DNA from: a virus
Taxonomy: Duplodnaviria > Caudoviricetes
Virus record (IMG/VR): IMGVR_UViG_3300006105_001565
Coordinates: 1-53,582 of that record
DNA: 53,582 nt
Direction: 5' to 3' (one strand)
The notes under the pieces were generated by a model. That model did no database searches and was not told the origin of the DNA. It worked only from the letters and a program-made list of their open reading frames with translations. The position numbers and the translations under genes are program-made. The number at the start of each line of letters is the position of its first letter. The stretch's first letter is position 1. Positions 9,388 to 18,515 of the stretch are shown piece by piece.

Positions 9388-10545
9388 TTAATTTGATAAG
9401 GGGGCTTTAATACTTGGATGGGAATTGTAATTCGCTATTTCAAAATCTACAGCTCTCCAATACTTAGTTTTCTCAATTATTGATGGTTTTTCACCATTTA
9501 TCACCAATTTTGGTAATTCATATGGTTCTCTTGTTATTTGTTCCTTAGCAGCATCGATATGATTCAAATACAAGTGTGTGTCTCCTAAATTACCTATCAA
9601 TTCATCAGGTACCATATTAACTTCTTTAGCTAATATTTCCAATAATAATCCATATGATGCTATGTTGAACGGCAAACCGAGGAATGTATCTACCGATCTT
9701 TGGTTCCACATCAATGAGATTGCTCGGGTTGGGATTTTCATTTCGTCACAAGTCTGCAATGCTTGTTCGATTAGAGCTGGATATTTTTCTTGGATTTTGC
9801 CTCCTGCCAATTCTATTCTCTCTTTAGCGCTCAACTCTCTCGTATAAACTTGAAATCCATAATGACAAGGTGGTAAAACCATTTCGTTTAATTCGCCCAC
9901 ATTCAAAGCACTAACCATCAATCTTCTACTATCAGGATTTGATTTTAATTGTTCTATTAGATTTGCAATCTGGTCAATACCTTTATTTTTCTTTCTTACT
10001 TTGGAATTACCATCTTCAATGCGTTCTTGACAATCACAAAAATATGGGTTTATTTCACCACCTTTATAGTCGGTTATCTGTTCAGGTTTACCATTCCAAT
10101 TCTTCCATTGCTTACCATATATAGGACCTAACTCACCCCACTTCTTAGCAAACTCATCATCTGTTTTGATTTTATTGATGAATTCTTCTTTTGATAAATT
10201 ATTATAATGTCCTGCAGGTGATATATGTGTCTCGGTCCCATCATCATTCTTAACAATCTTGGTTTGTTTATAATTCTTATAAGCATCACCATCCCAAATA
10301 TGACAACCATTATCAACAAGATATTTGATGTTGGTATCTCCACGAAGGAACCATAATAACTCAGTTACCATTGTCTTCCACGCCATCTTCTTAGTTGTTA
10401 GCAACGGGAATCCTTCACTCATTTTGTGACGAATTTGTCTACCGAATACTGATACAGTACCAGTACCAGTTCTATCTTTTCTAGTTACTCCGTTGTCAAG
10501 AATGTCTTGAAGTAAGGATTGATATGATTTATCTAAGTTATTCAT
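9388..10545 (-). CDS. thyA: Thymidylate synthase
   Basis: DRTGTGT, ELLWFLRG, LGPIYGKQW, PDSRR, LPPCH, QRSVDTFLGLPFNIASY, GDTHLYLNH; start reassigned to ATG 10545 (MNNLDK). Confidence 0.96.
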   Translation of the reverse strand: MNNLDKSYQSLLQDILDNGVTRKDRTGTGTVSVFGRQIRHKMSEGFPLLTTKKMAWKTMVTELLWFLRGDTNIKYLVDNGCHIWDGDAYKNYKQTKIVKNDDGTETHISPAGHYNNLSKEEFINKIKTDDEFAKKWGELGPIYGKQWKNWNGKPEQITDYKGGEINPYFCDCQERIEDGNSKVRKKNKGIDQIANLIEQLKSNPDSRRLMVSALNVGELNEMVLPPCHYGFQVYTRELSAKERIELAGGKIQEKYPALIEQALQTCDEMKIPTRAISLMWNQRSVDTFLGLPFNIASYGLLLEILAKEVNMVPDELIGNLGDTHLYLNHIDAAKEQITREPYELPKLVINGEKPSIIEKTKYWRAVDFEIANYNSHPSIKAPLSN

Positions 10546-11023
10546 TTGTTTTATTTTTACTTTTGTGTTTAGATAGGTGCAGATCAGCTTTCCAAGATAT
10601 TGCAAGTATTGCTAAACTACAAAGTGAATTACTCACTAACATAGGACCAGGCGTCGATTTCAAGATTGTACCACCAATAATAATTATGATTGATGCAAAT
10701 GTTATTTTATCTGTGGTAACATTTTGTCTACCATATAATCTTAATTGTTCATCAATCTTTTCAAATCTGATTGAATCTTTTTGTGTTTGATTCAATGTAT
10801 CAATATGGTTTTTTTTCCAATTGACATAGTCCGCAAATTGATTAGATAAAATTGTATCTTTCACTTGTGCTTTGATACCTGATATGAATGAAAGTAAGGT
10901 AACAATTAATAAAATTAAACCTCTAATCGTTTTAGTTCTAATATTTCTACCCTCCAAACATTTTTTACATTCACCATCAATCATTGTTACTTCCGGATGC
11001 TTCGGGCATTGATTCCATTCCAT
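10538..11023 (-). CDS. Hypothetical membrane protein with N-terminal Cys/His motif
   Basis: CPKH...CKKC then three hydrophobic segments. Confidence 0.6.
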   Translation of the reverse strand: MEWNQCPKHPEVTMIDGECKKCLEGRNIRTKTIRGLILLIVTLLSFISGIKAQVKDTILSNQFADYVNWKKNHIDTLNQTQKDSIRFEKIDEQLRLYGRQNVTTDKITFASIIIIIGGTILKSTPGPMLVSNSLCSLAILAISWKADLHLSKHKSKNKTNE

Positions 11024-11109
11024 TTTTCTTTCTTTTTTGTACTCCTATTATTATTTTACCAACACAGTATAAAACACCTATTGGAAATATCCATATAATT
11101 GTATCCATA

Positions 11110-11766
11110 TTAACCTATTACTCCTTTCATATCATCCAAGTGATGATCTAATGGTCCCATTTCAGAACCAATAGATATCTTTTTCATTGGGTTTATTATT
11201 TCTCGATGCAAATCATAAGGTCTAAACTCGGGATGACCATCCATACCAACGTCCATTCTACGACCATTACTAATCTTTTGATTGTGTGGTAGATGACAAT
11301 GTCCGTGAAGCATAATACGACCCTTTCTAAGTCCATTCCAAGAACTTATAGGATAATGCATACATTCCATCGTTTCACCCATATAATTCAATTGTAAGAA
11401 CCATTGAACACTTGAGAATAAACTTCTACAATTACCTCTATTATTATCAATATGATGATCGTGATTTCCCAAAATCAAATGAATTTCTTTACACCAGATT
11501 CTATTTCTGAATTCTTCAATGTTTTCAAATCCACCGAATGACCAATCACCAAAATGAATTAATATATCATCTTGTCCAACTACCTCATTAATGTTATTTA
11601 CAATTGCTGTATTCATCTTATCGATAGTCAAAAAATCTCTTGTTTGTGATTCAGGTATTGAACCATCAGGCATACGCCAATTGGTAACCCCACGACATAT
11701 GTTTGTGTGACCATAATGGCTATCTGAAGTCACCCACACTTTTCTATTATTATCTAATTTTAACAT
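11110..11766 (-). CDS. Calcineurin-like metallophosphoesterase
   Basis: SDSHYGH, HFGD, GNHD, HYP, HGHCH, DVGMD motifs. Confidence 0.9.
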   Translation of the reverse strand: MLKLDNNRKVWVTSDSHYGHTNICRGVTNWRMPDGSIPESQTRDFLTIDKMNTAIVNNINEVVGQDDILIHFGDWSFGGFENIEEFRNRIWCKEIHLILGNHDHHIDNNRGNCRSLFSSVQWFLQLNYMGETMECMHYPISSWNGLRKGRIMLHGHCHLPHNQKISNGRRMDVGMDGHPEFRPYDLHREIINPMKKISIGSEMGPLDHHLDDMKGVIG

Positions 11767-11776
11767 TTCTTCTTGT

Positions 11777-11896
11777 TTAACTTTTAACTTTTTTTAATTG
11801 TTCTTTTAACGCTTCCCATCCTGCAGGTGTTAAATTATAATTATTTGAACCTACAATGAATCCCTGTAACCATATAACAAATTCTTCCGGTGTCAT
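11777..11896 (-). CDS. Small phage protein (39 aa, not in ORF track)
   Basis: MTPEEFVIWLQGFIVGSNNYNLTPAGWEALKEQLKKVKS; directly downstream of a TATATTTG element. Confidence 0.7.
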   Translation of the reverse strand: MTPEEFVIWLQGFIVGSNNYNLTPAGWEALKEQLKKVKS

Positions 11897-11912
11897 TTTC
11901 TATAGTTTGTAT

Positions 11913-11920
11913 CAAATATA
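11913..11920 (-). promoter_or_regulatory. TAnnTTTG -7 promoter element
   Basis: TATATTTG 16 nt upstream of ATG 11896, just after a terminator. Confidence 0.55.
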
Positions 11921-11940
11921 CAGAATTTTTTTTAATATAC

Positions 11941-11971
11941 AAAAAAAATCCCCGAAAAAAATTCAGGGATT
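11941..11971 (-). terminator. Rho-independent terminator
   Basis: Minus strand AATCCCTGAA-loop-TTCGGGGATT followed by a T-tract, downstream of the 454-aa gene. Confidence 0.75.
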
Positions 11972-12020
11972 CTACCGAAACACGACGTGTGACAGCTATC
12001 AGACATTGTCTGAAGAAGGG

Positions 12021-13385
12021 TTATTTTTTAATATCATTCAAAATATCATTAACCATATTCACTATTCTTTCTTCAGAAAGATTAGGATTGGCAACTATTT
12101 TTTTACCACCTCTTTTTTTAGGGGCTTCCTTTTCTTTGTTTTGTTTTTCAAAATCTTGATAACCTGCAGGTGGAGCTGGATTGATGAAACTATTGATTAA
12201 TTTATCAATATCACCTAACAAATCTGCACCAATAATTTGGTCAGCAACTTGTTTCATTGCTTCTTTAAGTGCGCTTGCAACTTCAACATTTTCTGTAACG
12301 CTAGGACCATTACCAGCAGGTTCAGAACTTTTTGATACTGTACTCGCCTCAAAAGATTTAATTGGTGTAGTTCCTTTTGGAATATTATAAACATCAAAAT
12401 CTTCGTCTTGTGTTAAATCAACACCAATACCTAAGAAAAATTCTACTTTGATTGTCCATTTGAATGAATCACCAACTTTCTCACCTAAAATGTTGAATCT
12501 ATTTCCTGTACCTACTTTATTGTCGACAATTGCTTGTTTTTGTCTTTGTTTTTCAACATATTGTCTGTCTTTGTTTATAATTTTACCTTTTGTGAATTCA
12601 GAATTTTCTTTTGCTTTAGAAACAACTTCAATAAATCTATCGAAAGAATCCCAAGTAATATCATTCCAAGAAACCCATTCAATTTTTTCGTTGGTTACAC
12701 TTATTGTTTTTGTTGTTTGTTTTTGAGCTTTTTCTTGACCTTTACTTCTATTTAGATTATTTGAAATAATCTCAGGTAATAAAGATGTGTGTAATTTTTT
12801 AGTTACAGCTTGAGCAATAGGTTCTTTAGCGTTGTATGTTAAAAATTTGTTTGCATTACCCAAAATACTTCTATGAATATAATCACTCAATGGAAGAGCC
12901 TTAACATCTTGTGTGTCCAAAGGGAAATCGATATCTCTTCTTCTTGCTGCGTGAGTTGCACCAATTTTAGATTTAGTTGCGTTGATTGGATCATATTTCA
13001 TTGGTACCCAATCAATGTTGAAGAAAACTTTATAGCCTTTAGCTTCAAAATCTTGTAAATCTTTTAAGAAACCAGGGTTTTTAACTTTTAGATAATCGTA
13101 AAATTCTTGATTTGATTTGAAATCTGCACCTTCTAATGGACCAACTGCGATTCTTTTTACTCCCATCGCGTTATATGCTCTCCAATGTGCACCCTCAACT
13201 TCACCTGTAGGAGCATTTGGATCGTTTGTGAATGATGCTGATGCTGGTTCTTCTGATTTACCCTTTTTTACTGGTATACCTAAGTGTGGAGCAGGATTGA
13301 CCCAAGACATTTCATCAACGTCTCCAGTATGTGATGATTCTTTAAGAATTGCTAATAATTGTTTCTTTGAAACCTCTATATTCAT
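12021..13385 (-). CDS. Putative late/virion protein
   Basis: 454 aa; TATTTATA upstream; short amphipathic termini (KKQLLAILKES; LSEERIVNMVNDIL); own terminator. Confidence 0.55.
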   Translation of the reverse strand: MNIEVSKKQLLAILKESSHTGDVDEMSWVNPAPHLGIPVKKGKSEEPASASFTNDPNAPTGEVEGAHWRAYNAMGVKRIAVGPLEGADFKSNQEFYDYLKVKNPGFLKDLQDFEAKGYKVFFNIDWVPMKYDPINATKSKIGATHAARRRDIDFPLDTQDVKALPLSDYIHRSILGNANKFLTYNAKEPIAQAVTKKLHTSLLPEIISNNLNRSKGQEKAQKQTTKTISVTNEKIEWVSWNDITWDSFDRFIEVVSKAKENSEFTKGKIINKDRQYVEKQRQKQAIVDNKVGTGNRFNILGEKVGDSFKWTIKVEFFLGIGVDLTQDEDFDVYNIPKGTTPIKSFEASTVSKSSEPAGNGPSVTENVEVASALKEAMKQVADQIIGADLLGDIDKLINSFINPAPPAGYQDFEKQNKEKEAPKKRGGKKIVANPNLSEERIVNMVNDILNDIKK

Positions 13386-13403
13386 TTGTTTTTGATTTAT
13401 TTA

Positions 13404-13411
13404 TATAAATA
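13404..13411 (-). promoter_or_regulatory. Putative late promoter TATTTATA
   Basis: Recurrent motif upstream of five genes. Confidence 0.55.
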
Positions 13412-13419
13412 TCGAGATT

Positions 13420-13698
13420 TTATCTATTTTCAGTATCCCAATACTTTTGTCTAAGTTTAGCACCAAGTTCCATATCATTTGGTGTGTTAAGAATATCCTC
13501 GGCTGACATAGTAATCAATGTGGTTCTACGTTTCATAACAGTGGAAACATAATCTTCATCATAAGTTTTGCTTGTTTTCACATAACATTCGTGACAACAT
13601 TGTCCTGCACCTTCAACATAGTCATATCTAAAATCAACGTGTGTATTAATATCAACTGTGGTTTCCTTACCACAAATAATGCAAATTTCATTTGGCAT
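13420..13698 (-). CDS. Small zinc-finger-like protein
   Basis: CIICG ... YVEGAGQCCHEC. Confidence 0.7.
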   Translation of the reverse strand: MPNEICIICGKETTVDINTHVDFRYDYVEGAGQCCHECYVKTSKTYDEDYVSTVMKRRTTLITMSAEDILNTPNDMELGAKLRQKYWDTENR

Positions 13699-13751
13699 AA
13701 AATAAGTTTTAGAATATAAATCTAAGGAAAATATTTGATAAAAGGAATATA

Positions 13752-15257
13752 TTACGCCTGAGTATTAAGAATACTATTCATTTTGCTTCCTGATTGAGCA
13801 ATTAAAGAATTTTTACTACCAACTCTTACATTTTGAAGTCCTTTGTTAATTTCATTTGTATCAGTTACTCCATCTTGTACCTTTTGATTTACATAAGAAG
13901 CAAACTCTCTGAACCAACCTTCACCATTAAATGTTCCGTAAACAAATTGGAAAACTAATTTAGGATCTGTAGCCACTAATTTTTGAGCTTCAGGTGATAG
14001 GTATCTTTTGAAATAAGCAGTATATTCAGGTTGCATCATTTTAACAACCAATTCTCTTAATTTAGGTGCCAAATCTCCGCCCATATATTCAGGGCCCCAT
14101 TTGTCTTTAGCGTCAGCGGCATCAATTAATGACCAAAACTCTTGACCAGCTTGAGTTTTACTTTCAGGACCATTTTTTCTATCAATACCAAACATAGTTT
14201 CCCCTGAATTACCATATCTCATATCCTTAACTCTACCATCAGCAAGCATATTAGGATGATAATAACCACCCTCTAACTTATTGATAACCAAATTAATCAT
14301 CTTACTGAAATCATCAGGACTTACTCCTATTAAACTACCTACTTTAGCTGTGTTAACTACTTTGTCTAATTCATCAGAAGTGACATTTTTAGTTTTAAGT
14401 AATTCAATCATCTTCTTAATCATTTCAGGAGTTGCGCTCACAGTAGCTGCTGCTCCCTCTCCTGAAGCACTTGGTGTCCCATATTGTAAATGGAAATGAC
14501 CTGCAGTAGCTGCTCCAGATGGGTGAGTATATTCGTCAATATATGAAAACTTACTATCCTTGCTCTTGTATGTATCGAGTATAGATCTGAACTCTTTATC
14601 TGTTTCAGATGTATAAGGGTCTAATGTTAAATCAATAGCTTCTCCTTGGGTATGTTTACTAACATAACCCAATTTCTTATGGAACTGATCATTACCACCT
14701 GTAATAGTTACCTTTACTTTTGGGTAAGCTGCTTTGAAATCATTTAAAATATGAGTAACAAAGGTTGATAAATCATCAGCAATTTCGCCACCACCACTCA
14801 ATTGACCTGGTTTTATGTTATAACCGTCTTTACTAACTTCAGCACTTATATCGGCTGCAGCTTCATTGATTGGTGTATTTGTAGCTATTTTATTATCTGT
14901 ATCGAATTTTGTGATTGTAGCAGCAGTTTCGGGACCGAATTTTCCATCAATACCGTATTTTGGAAGCTCATATCCCAAAAGATATAATGCAATTTGAAGT
15001 GATTCAACCTCTTTTTTGTATGTAATTGAACCTACGGGTTCTTGTTTAAGTCCACCAGCGTCTGCAGCAGCTTCTAAATTCTTATACAATTCAGAAACAC
15101 TATCACTAACATCACTGGCTTTAGTTGGGTCATTCGTCTTATTTGGAGCAGCATTCAAATTTATATCACTTGAAGTGTCTTCTTTTAAAACAGTTTTTTT
15201 GCCATATGTTAACTGACGAATCCTTTCTAATTCTTCCTTAAGAGTTCTTTTCTTCAT
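13752..15257 (-). CDS. Multi-domain peptidoglycan hydrolase: PG-binding + M15-like peptidase + GH108-like lysozyme
   Basis: LQIAL..LGY...IDGKFGPET; SKHTQGEAIDL...HFHLQ; LEGGY...GETMFGID. Confidence 0.75.
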   Translation of the reverse strand: MKKRTLKEELERIRQLTYGKKTVLKEDTSSDINLNAAPNKTNDPTKASDVSDSVSELYKNLEAAADAGGLKQEPVGSITYKKEVESLQIALYLLGYELPKYGIDGKFGPETAATITKFDTDNKIATNTPINEAAADISAEVSKDGYNIKPGQLSGGGEIADDLSTFVTHILNDFKAAYPKVKVTITGGNDQFHKKLGYVSKHTQGEAIDLTLDPYTSETDKEFRSILDTYKSKDSKFSYIDEYTHPSGAATAGHFHLQYGTPSASGEGAAATVSATPEMIKKMIELLKTKNVTSDELDKVVNTAKVGSLIGVSPDDFSKMINLVINKLEGGYYHPNMLADGRVKDMRYGNSGETMFGIDRKNGPESKTQAGQEFWSLIDAADAKDKWGPEYMGGDLAPKLRELVVKMMQPEYTAYFKRYLSPEAQKLVATDPKLVFQFVYGTFNGEGWFREFASYVNQKVQDGVTDTNEINKGLQNVRVGSKNSLIAQSGSKMNSILNTQA

Positions 15258-15262
15258 ACCAA

Positions 15263-15270
15263 TATAAATA
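15263..15270 (-). promoter_or_regulatory. Putative late promoter TATTTATA
   Basis: 5 nt upstream of the hydrolase ATG. Confidence 0.55.
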
Positions 15271-15284
15271 TCAGGAATTTTGAT

Positions 15285-15383
15285 TTATCCCAAGTAATCC
15301 GTATCATCTTCATTAAGAACACGATACGCAAGAAATCCAAATATTATTAAGATAATAATTGGTATACTAATCAACCAAAACAT
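15285..15383 (-). CDS. Tiny single-TM protein (32 aa, not in ORF track)
   Basis: MFWLISIPIIILIIFGFLAYRVLNEDDTDYLG; starts immediately after the upstream stop. Confidence 0.5.
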   Translation of the reverse strand: MFWLISIPIIILIIFGFLAYRVLNEDDTDYLG

Positions 15384-15638
15384 TTATTTTCTTTTTGCTT
15401 TATTAATAGATTTTTCAAAGTCTCTTTTACCTTTAAAATATGGGTCTCTATAATCTAACTTCCAATCGTGGTAGTTATAATCATTAATCAATTCTTTTGG
15501 TTCCGATATCCTAACTTCATCAGGGTCCTCTTTAATCAATTTATTAACTTGTTGTTTAATTCTGTGACGAATTGTTCTCCAATATAAAGCAACATTGGCC
15601 TTATCCTTGAGTATTGGTTTCTTGTGACTCCTGCTCAT
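15384..15638 (-). CDS. Small basic phage protein (MSRSHKKP N-terminus)
   Basis: 84 aa, Lys/Arg-rich. Confidence 0.7.
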   Translation of the reverse strand: MSRSHKKPILKDKANVALYWRTIRHRIKQQVNKLIKEDPDEVRISEPKELINDYNYHDWKLDYRDPYFKGKRDFEKSINKAKRK

Positions 15639-16122
15639 TGTTTAACTTTTTAATGATTTTCTCCTTAAGTCCGGTTTGTTTTAGACCCTCACTACTTTTT
15701 GTTTGGAAAAAATTCTCACCTAAACTCGTTAATTTGAGATCGTCAATTGCAACCCAAGTATCAGGTTTGTTGTAATCAATCCATTCTTTAATTTGATAAG
15801 AACGGTCATCTTCCAATTCAGAGCTCATCTTTCTTTTGTATTGATGAGTCACAAACTCGGGTGACTTGATAACCCCATTACCTATAAATATCTTGTCAAG
15901 GTCCTCAAGATTCCAATGCATCCTCCAATCCGAACTTAGAACGATTGTTGCGTCAGTTGCTTCAATTATCTCATTAAGAATTTTAACACAATCTTTATTC
16001 CATCCATAAGGAACACGTAATTCTCTGGCCCAAGGGTTTTTTTGACTGAATTTATTACGATTCATCATAAACTCTTTGTCGGTAGCTACAACTCCATCTA
16101 TATCTAAAAAAATGACTTTCAT
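15601..16122 (-). CDS. HAD domain protein (HAD_SAK_2-like)
   Basis: FLDIDGV, IVLSSDWR, WVAIDD, EGL motifs. Confidence 0.85.
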   Translation of the reverse strand: MKVIFLDIDGVVATDKEFMMNRNKFSQKNPWARELRVPYGWNKDCVKILNEIIEATDATIVLSSDWRMHWNLEDLDKIFIGNGVIKSPEFVTHQYKRKMSSELEDDRSYQIKEWIDYNKPDTWVAIDDLKLTSLGENFFQTKSSEGLKQTGLKEKIIKKLNNEQESQETNTQG

Positions 16123-16125
16123 TTA

Positions 16126-16281
16126 TTATGCTTTTAATGCTTTTTTTCTTTTTTTTTCTTCAATTTCTTTCAAATGTTTTTTGTGTTTAACATTATTAGT
16201 TTTTCTATGTAAAATAATCATATAAACTAATGAGAAAAAACAAACAACATAAAATGGGTGATTATCTATAAATTCAAACAT
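16126..16281 (-). CDS. Small TM protein with basic tail (51 aa, not in ORF track)
   Basis: MFEFIDNHPFYVVCFFSLVYMIILHRK...KKALKA fills the gap exactly. Confidence 0.55.
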   Translation of the reverse strand: MFEFIDNHPFYVVCFFSLVYMIILHRKTNNVKHKKHLKEIEEKKRKKALKA

Positions 16282-16282
16282 A

Positions 16283-17032
16283 TTAAAAATTCCTTATTGT
16301 GATTGCAATTGATGTTGTATAGTCTATTGGTTTAACACTTGGATTAACATATGTCGCATAAGTGGATTCATTGAATATATTAATCAAAGATAATGAAAGC
16401 TTTTTATAAAGAGGTATTTCAAATTTTAAATTACCTTGCATATCAAAATTATTTGCACCACTTACACCGCTTTGTGACCATATGGATGGCTGTGCTAAAA
16501 CAACCATACTAACTTTGACACCACTATTCCAAACAAATTTGATTCTTGATGATGCTGAAACAGAAGTTAGGTTCATTAAAGTATTTGTTGATGAAACATA
16601 TCTTTCAGGCATTATGGCTTCAGAGAATGTTAGATTAATATTTTTTTTATTAATAACATTGAAACTCATACCAGCACCAAGTGAATATCTTATGTCTATT
16701 TTTTTAATATAAGATTGTTCAGCTTCTCCCATTGCTATAAATTTCATACCATCCCATTTATATGATAATGTTCCTGATACGTTTTTTTCATCCGCTTTTC
16801 GTATCCAATTATTTTTAGCATCACTACTTTCAATAAAACTATATGATGGATTAATATCCCAACGTAGTTTAGAACTATCATTAAAAAGATTCAATTGTGT
16901 AATGATTGAATATTGTTTATTGTTACCATCTTGGTATGAACCTCCGATAGTAAAAGTGTCTTTTGATTTAGACTGAGAAAACCCCGTTATACTTAGCAGG
17001 GTTAAGATTGTTAAAAATGATATTTTTTTCAT
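16283..17032 (-). CDS. Outer-membrane beta-barrel protein (DUF481-like)
   Basis: Sec signal ending GFSQ; amphipathic beta strands; IDIRYSLGAG; C-terminal Phe. Confidence 0.7.
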   Translation of the reverse strand: MKKISFLTILTLLSITGFSQSKSKDTFTIGGSYQDGNNKQYSIITQLNLFNDSSKLRWDINPSYSFIESSDAKNNWIRKADEKNVSGTLSYKWDGMKFIAMGEAEQSYIKKIDIRYSLGAGMSFNVINKKNINLTFSEAIMPERYVSSTNTLMNLTSVSASSRIKFVWNSGVKVSMVVLAQPSIWSQSGVSGANNFDMQGNLKFEIPLYKKLSLSLINIFNESTYATYVNPSVKPIDYTTSIAITIRNF

Positions 17033-17033
17033 A

Positions 17034-17573
17034 TTATCTTCCGTGGTGATGTCCAGGATGCACTAAAGCACCCTCCATTGATCTTAATAATCCATAACGG
17101 AGGAATATCCCGAAGTATTGATTACTTGTCGAATAATAATTACCAGTTGTATAATAATTACCTGCAACTAATCCAGCTCCCCAATTTTTACCTATTTGAG
17201 CAAATAACGTAGATGATACTTCAAACAAATATGGTGCTGATGAATTGAATACTTTACCGCCACCGATTGTGAATTCATTACTAAAAATACCATACTGACA
17301 GGCATCCATTGTAATTTTGGCTTCTAAGAAATCAGTAGTATCTGTCTTTTGACTTAATTTACCATAAGCTAACCCCAAATCGAACACACCAATAGATTTA
17401 CCTACTTCAATGTTTTGAATTGTTCTAGTGGATAATGGACCAGCTGTTGTTGATAAACCAAGTGGTAAGGCTCTTGCATACCAACTACTCTTAAGTGTCG
17501 AGTCTTTCGTTTGTGAAAAACCCGCAATTCCTATCAATAGGAATAAAAAAACCAATAATTTTTTACTTTTCAT
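17034..17573 (-). CDS. Secreted, probable small outer-membrane beta-barrel protein
   Basis: Sec signal ending AGFSQ; Gly/aromatic-rich strands, YFGIFLRY near the end. Confidence 0.6.
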   Translation of the reverse strand: MKSKKLLVFLFLLIGIAGFSQTKDSTLKSSWYARALPLGLSTTAGPLSTRTIQNIEVGKSIGVFDLGLAYGKLSQKTDTTDFLEAKITMDACQYGIFSNEFTIGGGKVFNSSAPYLFEVSSTLFAQIGKNWGAGLVAGNYYTTGNYYSTSNQYFGIFLRYGLLRSMEGALVHPGHHHGR

Positions 17574-17760
17574 TTTTTAATTCTTTTTGTAAATCTTCTA
17601 ATTTATTTTTCCATAACTCCTCTTGTTCTTTTTCGAAGTCGGTTTTCATAAATATCGATCTAATCAAAGTTATGCAACCAAAAACCAAGAATACCGCAAT
17701 ATAAAGGGTCACCAATATTACTAAGATTGTTGCCATATTTTTATTTGAATCTATTTCCAA
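17563..17760 (-). CDS. Small membrane protein
   Basis: TM helix then charged tail; true start probably the internal MATIL. Confidence 0.55.
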   Translation of the reverse strand: MEIDSNKNMATILVILVTLYIAVFLVFGCITLIRSIFMKTDFEKEQEELWKNKLEDLQKELKNEK

Positions 17761-18010
17761 TTTTTAATATTAATTGTTCTTCTTCTTGTGTTAGTACTGT
17801 CCACTTACCGTGAATGGCACTTAAACATTCTTCGAACATTTCTTCGGTTGCACATAATTTATTATATGGGCCATCAGTAGATTTAGCATTTTTTTTCAAA
17901 TACCCATCTTCAATTAACGCATCGATAATTTCGTCTTTTTCACTATCATCACATCTTTCTAAAAATTCGTCAACTGAGATGTCTACATCATCAACATAAA
18001 AACTTGGCAT
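17741..18010 (-). CDS. Acidic hypothetical protein
   Basis: 89-aa ORF in array. Confidence 0.7.
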   Translation of the reverse strand: MPSFYVDDVDISVDEFLERCDDSEKDEIIDALIEDGYLKKNAKSTDGPYNKLCATEEMFEECLSAIHGKWTVLTQEEEQLILKIGNRFK

Positions 18011-18030
18011 AATATTAAATTTTAAATTGT

Positions 18031-18360
18031 TTAAACTGCGAAAGATTCACCACAACCACAAGTTCTACTTGCATTGGGATTAACCCAATGAAATCCTTTA
18101 CCATTCAATCCACCAGAATATTGTAATTCTGTACCATACAAATAAAGAACCGATTTCTTATCCATTACAACCTTAAGTGGACCTAAATCAACTACATCAT
18201 CAGTAGATTCTATTTTATCATCAAAGTCCATAACATAAGATAAGCCACTACACCCACCACCTTTGACACCAACACGTAAATGATGTGTGTCAGGAGTAAT
18301 TCCTCCTTCCATCATTAATTGAATTATGTGTTCTAAAGCAATTTCTTCAATGGTTATCAT
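18031..18360 (-). CDS. iscA: A-type Fe-S cluster carrier (IscA/HesB family)
   Basis: LRVGVKGGGCSGLSY, NPNA..TCGCGESF. Confidence 0.95.
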   Translation of the reverse strand: MITIEEIALEHIIQLMMEGGITPDTHHLRVGVKGGGCSGLSYVMDFDDKIESTDDVVDLGPLKVVMDKKSVLYLYGTELQYSGGLNGKGFHWVNPNASRTCGCGESFAV

Positions 18361-18368
18361 ACATATAA

Positions 18369-18515
18369 TTATTTCCTTTTAAACAAATCTGATAATTTTT
18401 TACCAGGTTTGATTATATTACCAGTCTCTTCATCCATTTCGGGTGCGATGTACATATTGTACGCAATAATTCCGATACTAAAGAGCATAACTACACCGAA
18501 ATACCACCAGATCAT
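18369..18515 (-). CDS. Small single-TM protein
   Basis: Start at ATG 18515 (ATGA overlap with upstream stop); MIWWYFGVV... Confidence 0.55.
   Translation of the reverse strand: MIWWYFGVVMLFSIGIIAYNMYIAPEMDEETGNIIKPGKKLSDLFKRK

Noticed and set aside
9388-10545. ThyA as a dCMP hydroxymethylase feeding DNA glycosylation
   Set aside because: It retains Asn in PFNIASY, the dUMP-specificity residue, and canonical ThyA motifs
11941-12020. tRNA gene in the GC-richer spacer
   Set aside because: No cloverleaf or TTC T-loop arm; explained by a terminator plus small hairpins
11856-15216. Numerous plus-strand ORFs in the track (also 4368, 9578, 21640, 36412, 48426 and others)
   Set aside because: Antisense to well-supported genes, no motifs, often non-ATG starts
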